Source: a virus
Lineage: Duplodnaviria > Caudoviricetes
Length of the DNA: 64,000 nucleotides
Strand: one strand, 5' to 3'
Virus record (IMG/VR): IMGVR_UViG_3300032232_001415
Coordinates: 32,001 to 96,000 of that record
The notes below the pieces were generated by a model, which was given only the letters and a program-made list of their open reading frames with translations, ran no database searches and had not been told where the DNA came from. Every line of letters begins with the position of its first letter. Within the stretch, counting starts at the first letter, position 1. Below, in pieces: positions 9,599-19,084 of this stretch. The position numbers and the translations under genes were made by a program.

Positions 9599-10889
9599 TT
9601 TTTGTATACCAACGGCAAAAAATGAAAAAGATTATATCTTTTTATTATTAAAATCACTAACAGATAATATTGAAATTTCATCACATGAAATTATTATTTT
9701 TATAGATACTGATAATCAAAATTCTTATGAAGAATTAATGCAATTTAAGAAAGATAAACCATATATTAAAATTTGTAAAAATCCACATCCTTATATGATT
9801 GGGGCTCAAATAAACATGACAGTAATGTTTAATGAAGCTAAAAATGATATAGTTTGCTACTTGCAATCTGACATGGTAGTGGGTAAGGATCTTGATAAAC
9901 ATATATTAAATAATATAGATGAAAATACCGTGTTGTCTTGCACCAGAATAGAGCCTCCACTGCATCCACAATCTCCAGAAAAAATAGTTGAAAATTTTGG
10001 AGTTAATCCAGAAGAATTCCGCTATGATGACTTTAATAAATATGTGGCTAAAATACAATCAGAGAATAGGGCCGACACACAGTTTTATTTTGCGCCATTT
10101 GCCATATTTAAAAAGACATGGTTCGATGTGCTTGGGGGATTTGATACGCAGTTCAGATGCTCAAGGGAGGACTCTGACATTCAATTAAGGATGCAGATCG
10201 CCGGGTTAAAAATAGTTCAAAACTGGCAAGCTTGCGTTTATCATTTCACATGCGTATCATCAAGAGGTAAGAATTGGTTCAAACCGGACAAAGCTGGTAA
10301 AATTCAAAATATACTACAACAAAATGCCGACAATGAAGAAATGAAAAGGTTTATTAGGAAATGGGGCTATTATGGTCCAACCTCTAAGTCTTCCTATGAT
10401 ATTGGCCTATATATTGAAATTGATCAATTTGTGGATTTTCAATTCTTAGAATGGATAGAAATATATTTTAAAACACTATATCTAAATGAAAAATATCTTT
10501 GCGATGAATTGACGCATAGAATTAAATTTAATAGTAAATATTATTGTAATATGAGATGGAGCTATCCAGACGAATACTGGGAGTCTAAGAGATATCTATT
10601 CAATCAAGATTCTTTAGACAACCATGTTCAATATGTAACAAATCCTGATAAAATTACAAACGACATCGTAATTCAATGTAAATATTCTGATATCATTACA
10701 GACTTTGATCAAAATAGAAAAAATTTCATAGAAAATATAAGCTCAATTATTGAAATAAATGATATTGGACAGTATAATGTAGATATATTTCAATTAAATA
10801 TTAAACAAAAAAATGATTTGAGTAAATCATATATAAAAACTAATAATACAAAAATTTTACTTTCAGACAAAACCCTTATATTTAAATAA
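9585..10889 (+). CDS. glycosyltransferase family 2 with C-terminal extension
   Basis: ISFCIP, YLQSDM, TRIEPPLH, GGFD, REDSD and VYHFTCVSSRG. Confidence 0.8.
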   Translation: MKPISFCIPTAKNEKDYIFLLLKSLTDNIEISSHEIIIFIDTDNQNSYEELMQFKKDKPYIKICKNPHPYMIGAQINMTVMFNEAKNDIVCYLQSDMVVGKDLDKHILNNIDENTVLSCTRIEPPLHPQSPEKIVENFGVNPEEFRYDDFNKYVAKIQSENRADTQFYFAPFAIFKKTWFDVLGGFDTQFRCSREDSDIQLRMQIAGLKIVQNWQACVYHFTCVSSRGKNWFKPDKAGKIQNILQQNADNEEMKRFIRKWGYYGPTSKSSYDIGLYIEIDQFVDFQFLEWIEIYFKTLYLNEKYLCDELTHRIKFNSKYYCNMRWSYPDEYWESKRYLFNQDSLDNHVQYVTNPDKITNDIVIQCKYSDIITDFDQNRKNFIENISSIIEINDIGQYNVDIFQLNIKQKNDLSKSYIKTNNTKILLSDKTLIFK

Positions 10890-10893
10890 TACT

Positions 10894-11355
10894 ATGAGAC
10901 CAAACGATTGGACTTCTTATTACATCGGATTAGCGCATATTGTTTCAAAAAAAAGTCACGATACCCAAACTCAGCATGGATGCATTATTACAGACAGAAA
11001 AAATAGAGTTCTTGGCTTAGGGTATAATGACTTTCCCCGTGGTTTAAAAGACGATAATCTTCCAAATACAAGACCAGATAAATATCCTTGGATGATTCAT
11101 GCTGAACGTAATGCTTTAGCTAATTGCGTAGTAAGACCAGATGGAGGAATAGCATATGTTACAGGACAGTGCTGCAATGATTGTATAATGAGCCTATGGC
11201 AGGAAGGCATAGAAACAGTGATTATGCATAATGCTCATGGTACTCATTTATTTGATACTAAGCAAAAAGAAATATTTGATAAATTTATATCAATGAGTAA
11301 AATAAAAATAGATTATGTAAATCCAGATCTATCTTGGTTAAATATCAATATTTAA
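10894..11355 (+). CDS. dCMP deaminase
   Basis: GCII, GYN, IHAERNA and CCNDC zinc motifs of the cytidine/dCMP deaminase family. Confidence 0.85.
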   Translation: MRPNDWTSYYIGLAHIVSKKSHDTQTQHGCIITDRKNRVLGLGYNDFPRGLKDDNLPNTRPDKYPWMIHAERNALANCVVRPDGGIAYVTGQCCNDCIMSLWQEGIETVIMHNAHGTHLFDTKQKEIFDKFISMSKIKIDYVNPDLSWLNINI

Positions 11356-11901
11356 TAATTTTAAAACAGCATCGCTGATTTCTTTTGGCGATATTTTATC
11401 TATCAGTCTAAAATTATCATCATAAGAATAACTTGGTCTTATATCTTTATATGATGATTCTAATATTATAATATCTTCATCTTTTGAAAAATATGGTCCA
11501 CTATTTTTTGCCAAATAGGAATAGATTGCAACTATCTTGGTTTGGAAATGAGAAGCCAAATGTACAGGGAGGCTATCATAGCCCAAATGCAAAGATGCAT
11601 TATGAACTAAATATGCTAGTTCATGATAATTAGTTTTTTCTAAATAGTCAACACTTGCACCATAGTCAATTCCGTCGTGCTCTCCTATTTGTATTATGTC
11701 ATAGTCAGATATAAAACTATTATTATTTTTTAAATTAATAATTACATCTTTCCAATAGGAATATTTTCTAGCATTTCCTTTAGAATGAACAGGATGAAAA
11801 GTTATATATTTTTTAGATGGCAGAGATATTTCTTTTTCTTTTATCCAGCTTTGTCCGATTCTTGCTCCGCTCACGAGAGAATATGTTTCAAGTAAATGCA
11901 T
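11338..11901 (-). CDS. GT9 (heptosyltransferase-like) C-terminal domain
   Basis: YITFHP, IIQIG and LHLGYDSLPVHLAS (GxDSxxxHxA) match the GT9 nucleotide-binding domain. Confidence 0.75.
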   Translation of the reverse strand: MHLLETYSLVSGARIGQSWIKEKEISLPSKKYITFHPVHSKGNARKYSYWKDVIINLKNNNSFISDYDIIQIGEHDGIDYGASVDYLEKTNYHELAYLVHNASLHLGYDSLPVHLASHFQTKIVAIYSYLAKNSGPYFSKDEDIIILESSYKDIRPSYSYDDNFRLIDKISPKEISDAVLKLLNIDI

Positions 11902-11904
11902 ATA

Positions 11905-12342
11905 TCATCCTAATTCAAAGTATTGTGTTGTTAATTCTTGTCCATAATTTTTAGTCTTAAAAAATACTGATCTGTCTCTTCCATTCCTTGTGTAGTTAGT
12001 TATTGCAGATTGTGTTAATATACCAGCATTGATACTAATGTCGAATATTCCTGGCCAATCACCCTGACCTTCCATTCTCCAAAAATGCATCATTTCGGGA
12101 TGAAAATCTATAATTTTATATATATACGGATTATCTTCTAATATCTGAGCAAAAACAGAACTACATGCAAAGTATATATCAAATTCTGGATACAGTTCTT
12201 CTTTTAGGCTTTTCAATAAACTTGTGGCTAAGAATATATCCCCAGCGCTAGATGGTAATATAAATAATAATGTTGGTCTATTATTTATTCTGCTGTCCCT
12301 TGTCTGATCAAAAATTCTTTTAGCAAAATCTTTATTGCTCAT
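11905..12342 (-). CDS. GT9 (heptosyltransferase-like) N-terminal domain
   Basis: SAGDIFLATSLLKSLKE..YP...ILEDNPYI matches the GT9 acceptor domain (xxGDx motif, NPxI). Confidence 0.75.
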   Translation of the reverse strand: MSNKDFAKRIFDQTRDSRINNRPTLLFILPSSAGDIFLATSLLKSLKEELYPEFDIYFACSSVFAQILEDNPYIYKIIDFHPEMMHFWRMEGQGDWPGIFDISINAGILTQSAITNYTRNGRDRSVFFKTKNYGQELTTQYFELG

Positions 12343-12731
12343 TTAATAGATCCTAAAATATTTGTTGTTGATAAATTTTTTATTTTCTGAAAAAATACTA
12401 TATTATCTACGATATCTTGACCAACAACTCTCTTATATTTATAATCGTCACCGATAACAATTGTGTCAATATGATTTTTTATTAATTGATTGCACAAGTC
12501 CTCTTCGCTGCTAAATATTACTACTTGATCTATATATTTAATACTCAATAAAAATTCTAACCTATTTTTTTCATTATTTATAGGTCTACTATTTCCTTTT
12601 AATTCCTTTACTCTGCTATCACTGTCAATGCCAACGGTTAATTTGTTTCCTAGAGCTTTTGCATATTCGAATAATTTAATGTGACCTATATGTAACACAT
12701 CGAAACATCCGTTAGTCCATATATTATTCAA
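12339..12731 (-). CDS. rfaE2: HldC/RfaE domain II-like sugar-1-phosphate nucleotidyltransferase
   Basis: TNGCFDVLHIGH (HxGH), GIDSDSRVKELKG.SRPIN, GDDY and STTNI. Confidence 0.9.
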   Translation of the reverse strand: MNNIWTNGCFDVLHIGHIKLFEYAKALGNKLTVGIDSDSRVKELKGNSRPINNEKNRLEFLLSIKYIDQVVIFSSEEDLCNQLIKNHIDTIVIGDDYKYKRVVGQDIVDNIVFFQKIKNLSTTNILGSIK

Positions 12732-13504
12732 GGAACTACCACTCCAAACTTACTTACTACTATTGAGGCGCATTCATTAGCGTATATAATAGATTTTTTT
12801 ATATCATTGGTTTCTATATATTTAACAACAAGTCCAGCTAAAAATGTGTCACCAGCCCCACACACATCTCTTAGAGATACTTTTTTCGTATTAAAATATT
12901 CAGCCTCTGATTTATTATCCTTGTACAAGACTGCTCCATCTTCCCCTTTGGTAACTATAATGGATGTATGGTTTAATATTTCTTTTATATTAACATTTAC
13001 AATATTTTCTTTGTATTCTTTATCATTAATTTTTAAAAAATCAACATCAACAACAGTATCACTATCTAATTTTTTCTTAGTATCCATAAATACTATACAA
13101 TTTTCTTTTTTTTGACTACAAATATTTTTTATGTCTGATTGTGAAATAAACCCTTTGCAATAATCTGATATTATGATATAATCATATGTATTAAATTTAT
13201 ATTGATCTAATATTATTCTAGAACAATTATCATTAATATCTTGTCTAAATACAATAGTATTATATTTTGTATCTACAAATCTTCTTTTAATAATCTTACT
13301 TTTGGGTGTTATATGATCTATAATTAAGTTTGAATTTAATGAAATAATATTATTATATACATTAGCAGACATTCCTAAATTTTCATTAAATGTTCCATTG
13401 TCTTTGAAACACATAGCAGCAGCCTCTGGACATACTCTATCGCATGATCCATAAACATACTGGTCTATACAACTTTCTCCAATTATAGCTATGTTTTTTG
13501 TCAT
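12728..13504 (-). CDS. rfaE1: HldA/RfaE domain I-like PfkB sugar kinase
   Basis: IGE..D.YVYG.CDRVCPEA, ISDYCKG, VTKGEDGA and DVCGAGDTF. Confidence 0.85.
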   Translation of the reverse strand: MTKNIAIIGESCIDQYVYGSCDRVCPEAAAMCFKDNGTFNENLGMSANVYNNIISLNSNLIIDHITPKSKIIKRRFVDTKYNTIVFRQDINDNCSRIILDQYKFNTYDYIIISDYCKGFISQSDIKNICSQKKENCIVFMDTKKKLDSDTVVDVDFLKINDKEYKENIVNVNIKEILNHTSIIVTKGEDGAVLYKDNKSEAEYFNTKKVSLRDVCGAGDTFLAGLVVKYIETNDIKKSIIYANECASIVVSKFGVVVP

Positions 13505-13560
13505 ATATTATATTTTTTCTATAAAACACATATTTGGCGCATCTGCTATTTTATGTGAGA

Positions 13561-13923
13561 TTAAATACTTTCTATAATTCTATAAGAATCATTATCATCA
13601 TGGTGAGTAGATATCTCAATAAAATCGCATGGGACATTAAGATTACTTGTGAATCTATGAGCAACCATTGGTTCTAAAGTTATAGAATCTCCTTCTTTTA
13701 AAACTATTGCATTTATGTATTCTTTATTCCAATACTCGATATCTAACACAGTTGAATATTGAATCTTCAACTCTCCTTTAATAATATAAAAAGTTTCTTT
13801 TTTATTTTTATGATAATGAACCGAACACCATTTTTGTGGAACAACATGCAAATGTTTGCCACAGTACAATTGGTTATTTTCTATCCACAGCTCATAGCCC
13901 CATCGTTTCATTACTGTAATCAT
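13561..13923 (-). CDS. cupin sugar isomerase (D-lyxose / mannose-6-phosphate isomerase-like)
   Basis: KRWGYELWI, YCGK, SVHYHKNKKETFY, HRF and EIST. Start set at ATG 13923 because the upstream extension overlaps a + strand promoter. Confidence 0.75.
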   Translation of the reverse strand: MITVMKRWGYELWIENNQLYCGKHLHVVPQKWCSVHYHKNKKETFYIIKGELKIQYSTVLDIEYWNKEYINAIVLKEGDSITLEPMVAHRFTSNLNVPCDFIEISTHHDDNDSYRIIESI

Positions 13924-13948
13924 TTTGTGTACACCGAAAAAACTTTTG

Positions 13949-13976
13949 TTGCAACTTTCTGACGCCATCCTATAAT
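13949..13976 (+). promoter_or_regulatory. sigma70-type promoter upstream of nrdJ
   Basis: TTGCAA-16 nt-TATAAT in the divergent intergenic region. A second TATAAT lies at 14030-14035. Confidence 0.55.
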
Positions 13977-14079
13977 AGGGGATCCAGACTACAAAACAAG
14001 ACTTTTATCTTAGTTTTCAGTCTATAGTGTATAATGTATTATTAAAATCAAACTTCTTAAAGAAAAATTACCAATAAAT

Positions 14080-17000
14080 ATGTCAGCATTACAGGAACTT
14101 CAGAACTATACATTTGTTAGCAAATATGCTCGTTGGATCGAAGACAAAAACAGAAGAGAAACTTGGAAAGAGGCTGTTGAGCGTGTGAAAAATATGATGC
14201 ACACTCAGTACCCAAACGTAAAAGAAGAAATCGATTGGGCATATGACATGATGTACAAAAAGAAAGTTCTTGGAAGTCAAAGAGCTCTCCAATTTGGTGG
14301 AGACCCCATTCTAAAAAGACATGCAAAAATATATAATTGCACAAGTTCGTATTGTGACAGATTAAGGTTTTTTCAAGAATGTTTCTGGCTATTGCTTTGC
14401 GGAAGCGGTACTGGGTTTAGCGTTCAAAAACACCATGTTTCCAAATTACCAACATTAGAACACGATGTTCCGAACAATAATGAAGGAATAAAGTATGTAA
14501 TAGAAGACAGTATAGAAGGCTGGGCTGATGCTCTTGGCGTACTATTAAGTTCATATTTTAGCAAACCAATTGAAGAATTCAAAATATATAAAAATACCTA
14601 TGTAGTTTTTGACTATTCTAATATTAGACCAAAAGGATCATCATTAGCTAGTGGTGTAGGAAAGGCTCCTGGATTTGAACCATTACAAAATGGACTAGAA
14701 AAAATAAGAACTCTACTAGATCGTTGTGTGGCTAATGGCCAAAAGAAACTACGACCAGTTGACGCCTATGATATTGTTATGCATAGTAGCGATGCTGTTT
14801 TAAGCGGAGGGGTTAGACGTAGTGCTAGTCTTGCTTTATTTAGTCATGATGATGAAGAAATGGCAAAAGCAAAAACTGGCAATTGGTACATAGATAATCC
14901 ACAAAGAGCACGAAGTAATAATTCTGCACTTCTACTTAAAAACGAAACAACCCTTGAAGAGTTTCAAGAACTAATGGAGAGCGTCAAAGAATTCGGAGAA
15001 CCCGGATTTATCTGGAGCGACTCAACAGAAATGACATTTAATCCTTGCGTTGTAGCAGATTCAACTGTGGTCACCGATTGCGGAATAAAGTTAGTCTCTG
15101 ATCTCATTGACAAGCCGTTCAACGCAATAGTTGATGGAGTATCATATCCTAGTTATAAAGGCTTTTGGAAAACCGGCACAAAACAAGTAATCGAGCTGCA
15201 ATTTAAGTCTGGTAGATCATTAAAAGTAACTCCTAATCATAAAATAATGACAACAACAGGCTGGAAAGAAGCTGGAAATATTAATTTTGGTGAAAATGTA
15301 GTTATTAATAATCATAGAGGAGTTACTAACGGAATAGCAAAATTTAGTCAATCGGATAATGATTGGAAAAAAGGGTATTTACTTGGTTTGTTTTTAGGCG
15401 ACGGAAACCACACTAAGGGTTCGGCACAACTAAAGTGGTGGGGCGAATCAAAAGAGTCTTATAGACAAGAAGCATATCAAATGCTCTCAGACGTTGGTTT
15501 TATAAATAATCACAATAAGTCAGAACAAAATTCTGTTGCTGTTTATAGCTCTATAGAATCTAAAAAGCTCATGCAGTTTGCAATTGATAACGATTGTATG
15601 ATTGGAACATCCAAAATATTAAGTAAAAAATCTATCTGTGGATCGTGGGGTCATATTTCTGGTTTAGTCGCTGGTTATTTTGATGCCGATGGAACGGTAT
15701 TAGTCAATAATATTAAAGGATCTTCTTTAAGAATCTCTTCTGTTCAGTTAGACAATTTACAAAATCTACAAATAGCGCTCAATTCTCTAGGGATTTATTC
15801 TAAAATCTATAAGAACCGAAGACCGGAGGGTGACAGAGTTATGCCAGATGGCAATGGTGGAACTAAAAGCTATTTCTGTCAAGCTTCGCATGAGCTTGTT
15901 ATCAGTAGCGATAGTATAACTAGATTTGCAAAATACATTCCTATTAAAAATACTGACAAAGCGAATAAAATTCAAACAATAGTTAATAACTATCAAAGAA
16001 TGCCAAATAGAACTAACTTCGTTGATAAGCTTATTAATAAAACTATAGTTGGGGAATTAGATGTATACGATTGCACAGTCGAAGATATTCACGCATTCGA
16101 TAACGACGGCGTTTATGTTCATAACTGTGTGGAAGTGGGTATGTGGCCAGTCGATGAAGAAACTGGAAAGAGTGGATGGCAAGGATGTAATCTATCTACT
16201 ATTAATTGCTCTTCTATTGAAGATGAAGATGATTTTTATGAAAGATGCAAAGCTGCTGCTATTATAGGAACTTTACAAGCTGGATTCACTAAGCTAGATT
16301 ACCTTGGAGAGATCACTTGCAGAATTTTCGAAAGAGAAGCTTTGCTCGGAGTTTCATTAACTGGAACAATGGAAAAGCATGATCTTGTTCTTTCAGAAAA
16401 AGTTCTTCGTGCTGGTGCAAAAATTGCTGTTGAAACTAATAAGGAACTTTCAAAGAAAATTAAGATTAATCAAGCTGCAAGAGTGACTTGTTTAAAACCA
16501 GAGGGAACAAGTAGCAGTATGCTTGGAACAAGTTCTGGTATACACCCACATCATGCAAAAAGATATATTCGTCATGTACAAGCTAACGTTCTTGAAGCAC
16601 CGTACCAACACTTCAAGAAGATAAACAAACAAGCCTGTGAAAAATCTAGTTGGTCAGCAAATAATACAGATGAGGTAATTAAATTTCCAATAGAAGTACC
16701 AGATGGTGCAAAACTAAAGAATCAATTACCAGCTGTCGAGATGCTATCAATTGTAAAAGATACTCAAAAGAATTGGGTTCAAAGTGGGAAAAATAGATCA
16801 TTATGCACCCAAGAATACTTAAGCCATAATGTTAGTAATACGGTAACAGTAAAACCAGACGAATGGGATGATGTTACTAAGTATATTTATGACAATAGAA
16901 AGTATTTTGCTGGAATTAGCCTTATTCCTCAAAGCGGAGATAAGGACTATACACAAGCCCCATTTACTACTGTTTATACTAGTCGTGAAATTGTAAAAGA

Positions 17001-17349
17001 ATACGGTGATGCTGCATTATGGTGCTCAGGACTTATTGAATTGGGTTTAAATGCATTTAATAATAATCTATGGGCAGCTTGTGACTATGTTAGTATGAAT
17101 CAAGCAAAAGAGAATGATGATCAAGAAAAATTACTATTTATTACTAAGATGAAAAATTTTAGTGGTAAATATTTTAATGGAGATATCAAACGTCTTACGT
17201 ATTGTATGAAAGATGTTTATAATTGGAAAATTTATTGTGATTTATTTAATAGTTTCAAGAAGGTTGATTATACACAACTATCTGAGACTGAGGACAATAC
17301 TACTGGTATAGAGGAAATTAGTTGTGCTGGCGGCGCGTGTCTAATTTAA
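14080..17349 (+). CDS. nrdJ: class II (adenosylcobalamin-dependent) ribonucleotide reductase, intein-containing
   Basis: YNC, LLCGSGTGFSV, SGGVRRSA, RSNNS, GEPG, NP/CVE, GCNL, TCLKPEGT and a C-terminal CAGGAC. The extein is about 729 aa. Confidence 0.92.
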   Translation: MSALQELQNYTFVSKYARWIEDKNRRETWKEAVERVKNMMHTQYPNVKEEIDWAYDMMYKKKVLGSQRALQFGGDPILKRHAKIYNCTSSYCDRLRFFQECFWLLLCGSGTGFSVQKHHVSKLPTLEHDVPNNNEGIKYVIEDSIEGWADALGVLLSSYFSKPIEEFKIYKNTYVVFDYSNIRPKGSSLASGVGKAPGFEPLQNGLEKIRTLLDRCVANGQKKLRPVDAYDIVMHSSDAVLSGGVRRSASLALFSHDDEEMAKAKTGNWYIDNPQRARSNNSALLLKNETTLEEFQELMESVKEFGEPGFIWSDSTEMTFNPCVVADSTVVTDCGIKLVSDLIDKPFNAIVDGVSYPSYKGFWKTGTKQVIELQFKSGRSLKVTPNHKIMTTTGWKEAGNINFGENVVINNHRGVTNGIAKFSQSDNDWKKGYLLGLFLGDGNHTKGSAQLKWWGESKESYRQEAYQMLSDVGFINNHNKSEQNSVAVYSSIESKKLMQFAIDNDCMIGTSKILSKKSICGSWGHISGLVAGYFDADGTVLVNNIKGSSLRISSVQLDNLQNLQIALNSLGIYSKIYKNRRPEGDRVMPDGNGGTKSYFCQASHELVISSDSITRFAKYIPIKNTDKANKIQTIVNNYQRMPNRTNFVDKLINKTIVGELDVYDCTVEDIHAFDNDGVYVHNCVEVGMWPVDEETGKSGWQGCNLSTINCSSIEDEDDFYERCKAAAIIGTLQAGFTKLDYLGEITCRIFEREALLGVSLTGTMEKHDLVLSEKVLRAGAKIAVETNKELSKKIKINQAARVTCLKPEGTSSSMLGTSSGIHPHHAKRYIRHVQANVLEAPYQHFKKINKQACEKSSWSANNTDEVIKFPIEVPDGAKLKNQLPAVEMLSIVKDTQKNWVQSGKNRSLCTQEYLSHNVSNTVTVKPDEWDDVTKYIYDNRKYFAGISLIPQSGDKDYTQAPFTTVYTSREIVKEYGDAALWCSGLIELGLNAFNNNLWAACDYVSMNQAKENDDQEKLLFITKMKNFSGKYFNGDIKRLTYCMKDVYNWKIYCDLFNSFKKVDYTQLSETEDNTTGIEEISCAGGACLI
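15046..16125 (+). mobile_element. 360-aa intein with LAGLIDADG homing endonuclease
   Basis: Starts at C (CVVADS), has block B VTPNH, LAGLIDADG blocks LLGLFLGDG and VAGYFDADG, and block F VYDCTV. It ends HN followed by Cys+1; removal restores NPCVE. Confidence 0.95.
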
Positions 17350-17371
17350 CTCTATAGCTAAAGGGTAAAAA

Positions 17372-18103
17372 TTGAGAAAAAATACTAAAGGTAAGAAGAA
17401 AAAAGTAATTGATGCTACCAAACCATTGGTAAATGAAAATAGTGGACATGCTTATAGAAATAGGCTAAAACCACGCACAGACAATCAAAAAGAATATATT
17501 CGTACCATAGCTGAAAATACCATCACCTTTTGTCAAGGACTAGCGGGAAGTGGAAAAACTCATATTGGTATTGGTATGGCAATAGAGTATTTATTAGATG
17601 CAAAAGTAAAAAAGATTGTAATAACTAGACCAGTTATTGAGGCTGGTGAAAAAATTGGATATTTGCCAGGAACCGCAGAAGAAAAACTTCATCCTTATCT
17701 ATTACCGATAATAGATGAAATACATCATTTTATTTCTCCTGCTCATTATGCTAGTTTAAAACTGAATAATAAAATAGAAGTTGTTCCACTCGGTTTAATG
17801 AGAGGTCGTAATTTTCATGATTGTTTCATAGTTGCAGACGAGTGCCAGAATGCATCATATGAACAACTAAAAATGTTAATAACAAGAATAGGTAAAGATA
17901 GTAAACTAGTATTAACTGGAGATGTGGGTCAATCAGATTTACATAGACACATACAGGGTGGATTCATTGAAATGATTAACAATCTGAATGATATAGATGG
18001 AATAGGAATTTCTAAATTAGAATCTTCTGATATTGTTAGAAATCCTATTATTGCAAAAATTTTACTAAGACTAGAATCTTATGAGAACGGAAATACAAAA
18101 TAG
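17372..18103 (+). CDS. phoH: PhoH-like ATPase
   Basis: GLAGSGKT, ITRP, GYLPG, MRGRNF, DECQN, GDVGQSD and DIVRNP. Confidence 0.93.
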   Translation: MRKNTKGKKKKVIDATKPLVNENSGHAYRNRLKPRTDNQKEYIRTIAENTITFCQGLAGSGKTHIGIGMAIEYLLDAKVKKIVITRPVIEAGEKIGYLPGTAEEKLHPYLLPIIDEIHHFISPAHYASLKLNNKIEVVPLGLMRGRNFHDCFIVADECQNASYEQLKMLITRIGKDSKLVLTGDVGQSDLHRHIQGGFIEMINNLNDIDGIGISKLESSDIVRNPIIAKILLRLESYENGNTK

Positions 18104-18662
18104 TAAATGTCTAGTACTAAATGCTGACTACACGCCATTAAAAGTAATAGATTGGCAAAAAGCAATCTTATTATCTGTAAAATGTTCTATAACATCAAAA
18201 TGTAGTGTTGAAATTATTGAATACTATAATGATAGGCATATTCATGGTGTTTGTGGAAAAGTGTATAAGTTACCCAAATTAATAAGAACCACCAAATATT
18301 TTAACTTGTATAATAAACCAATGAATTTTTCTAGAAAAAATTTGTTTATAAGAGATAAATATACTTGTCAATATTGCGGGATGCAACATGCTACTAATCA
18401 TTTAACATATGATCATATTATACCAAAATCCAGATTTAAAGGACAAAAGCACCATTGTACGAATTGGGAAAATATAGTTACGGCATGTATAAAATGTAAT
18501 CATAAAAAAGGCAACAGAACACCGTCCGAAGCCAATATGAAATTAATAAAATCTCCAATTAGACCAAATTACTCTCCAGAATACTTGCCTTGGGTGGATG
18601 ATCTCGATACTATAAAAGACGATGATGAAATCATGAAACTCTGCAGACCATACCTAGGATAA
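18081..18662 (+). CDS. HNH endonuclease (McrA-like)
   Basis: LVLNADYTPL, RDKYTCQYCG, DHIIPKS and WENIVTACIKCNHKKG. Confidence 0.9.
   Translation: MRTEIQNSKCLVLNADYTPLKVIDWQKAILLSVKCSITSKCSVEIIEYYNDRHIHGVCGKVYKLPKLIRTTKYFNLYNKPMNFSRKNLFIRDKYTCQYCGMQHATNHLTYDHIIPKSRFKGQKHHCTNWENIVTACIKCNHKKGNRTPSEANMKLIKSPIRPNYSPEYLPWVDDLDTIKDDDEIMKLCRPYLG
18585..18613 (+). promoter_or_regulatory. putative sigma70-type promoter inside the HNH 3' end
   Basis: TTGCCT-17 nt-TACTAT, about 60 nt upstream of the next start codon. Confidence 0.4.
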
Positions 18663-18670
18663 TATACATA

Positions 18671-19084
18671 ATGAAAAAAGAAAATATATTCCAAATAAAT
18701 CATGCTGTTGAAAATAGTGATAAATTTTATACACTATTAGGATTAGAATCATTTGTAGATGATCTAGGATTTCCAAGATTAAATGAGAATGACGATAATA
18801 TTTTTGCAAAAGTAATATATAATAAACCAAGAAAAAATATCAATAATAATCAACAGCATCCAAGATTCTATATTAAAACAGATCCACAGAAAAATATACA
18901 TAATCCAATTAAGCTTTTTTCTTCACCAAACCATAATACTAAATCTATGCCATACATTAATAAAGTATGTAAAGATCCTTTAAAATTTACAGAAGTTACA
19001 GAATCTGTATTTACTAAATACATTAATTTCCTTAAAACTAAGAATATTACATGGTTAACTAATGCTCAAAGGGATATAATATAA
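18671..19084 (+). CDS. hypothetical phage protein (paralog of 19431-19835)
   Basis: 137-aa ORF sharing motifs with the downstream ORF. Confidence 0.7.
   Translation: MKKENIFQINHAVENSDKFYTLLGLESFVDDLGFPRLNENDDNIFAKVIYNKPRKNINNNQQHPRFYIKTDPQKNIHNPIKLFSSPNHNTKSMPYINKVCKDPLKFTEVTESVFTKYINFLKTKNITWLTNAQRDII

Noticed and set aside
1-13923. Bacterial chromosomal O-antigen/LPS locus
   Set aside because: It is contiguous with phage-type replication and tail genes, and there are no wzx/wzy/wzm/wzt, ribosomal or other housekeeping genes.
13924-14079. tRNA or structured ncRNA in the largest intergenic region
   Set aside because: No cloverleaf, T-loop or stable stem is seen. The region is explained by divergent promoters.
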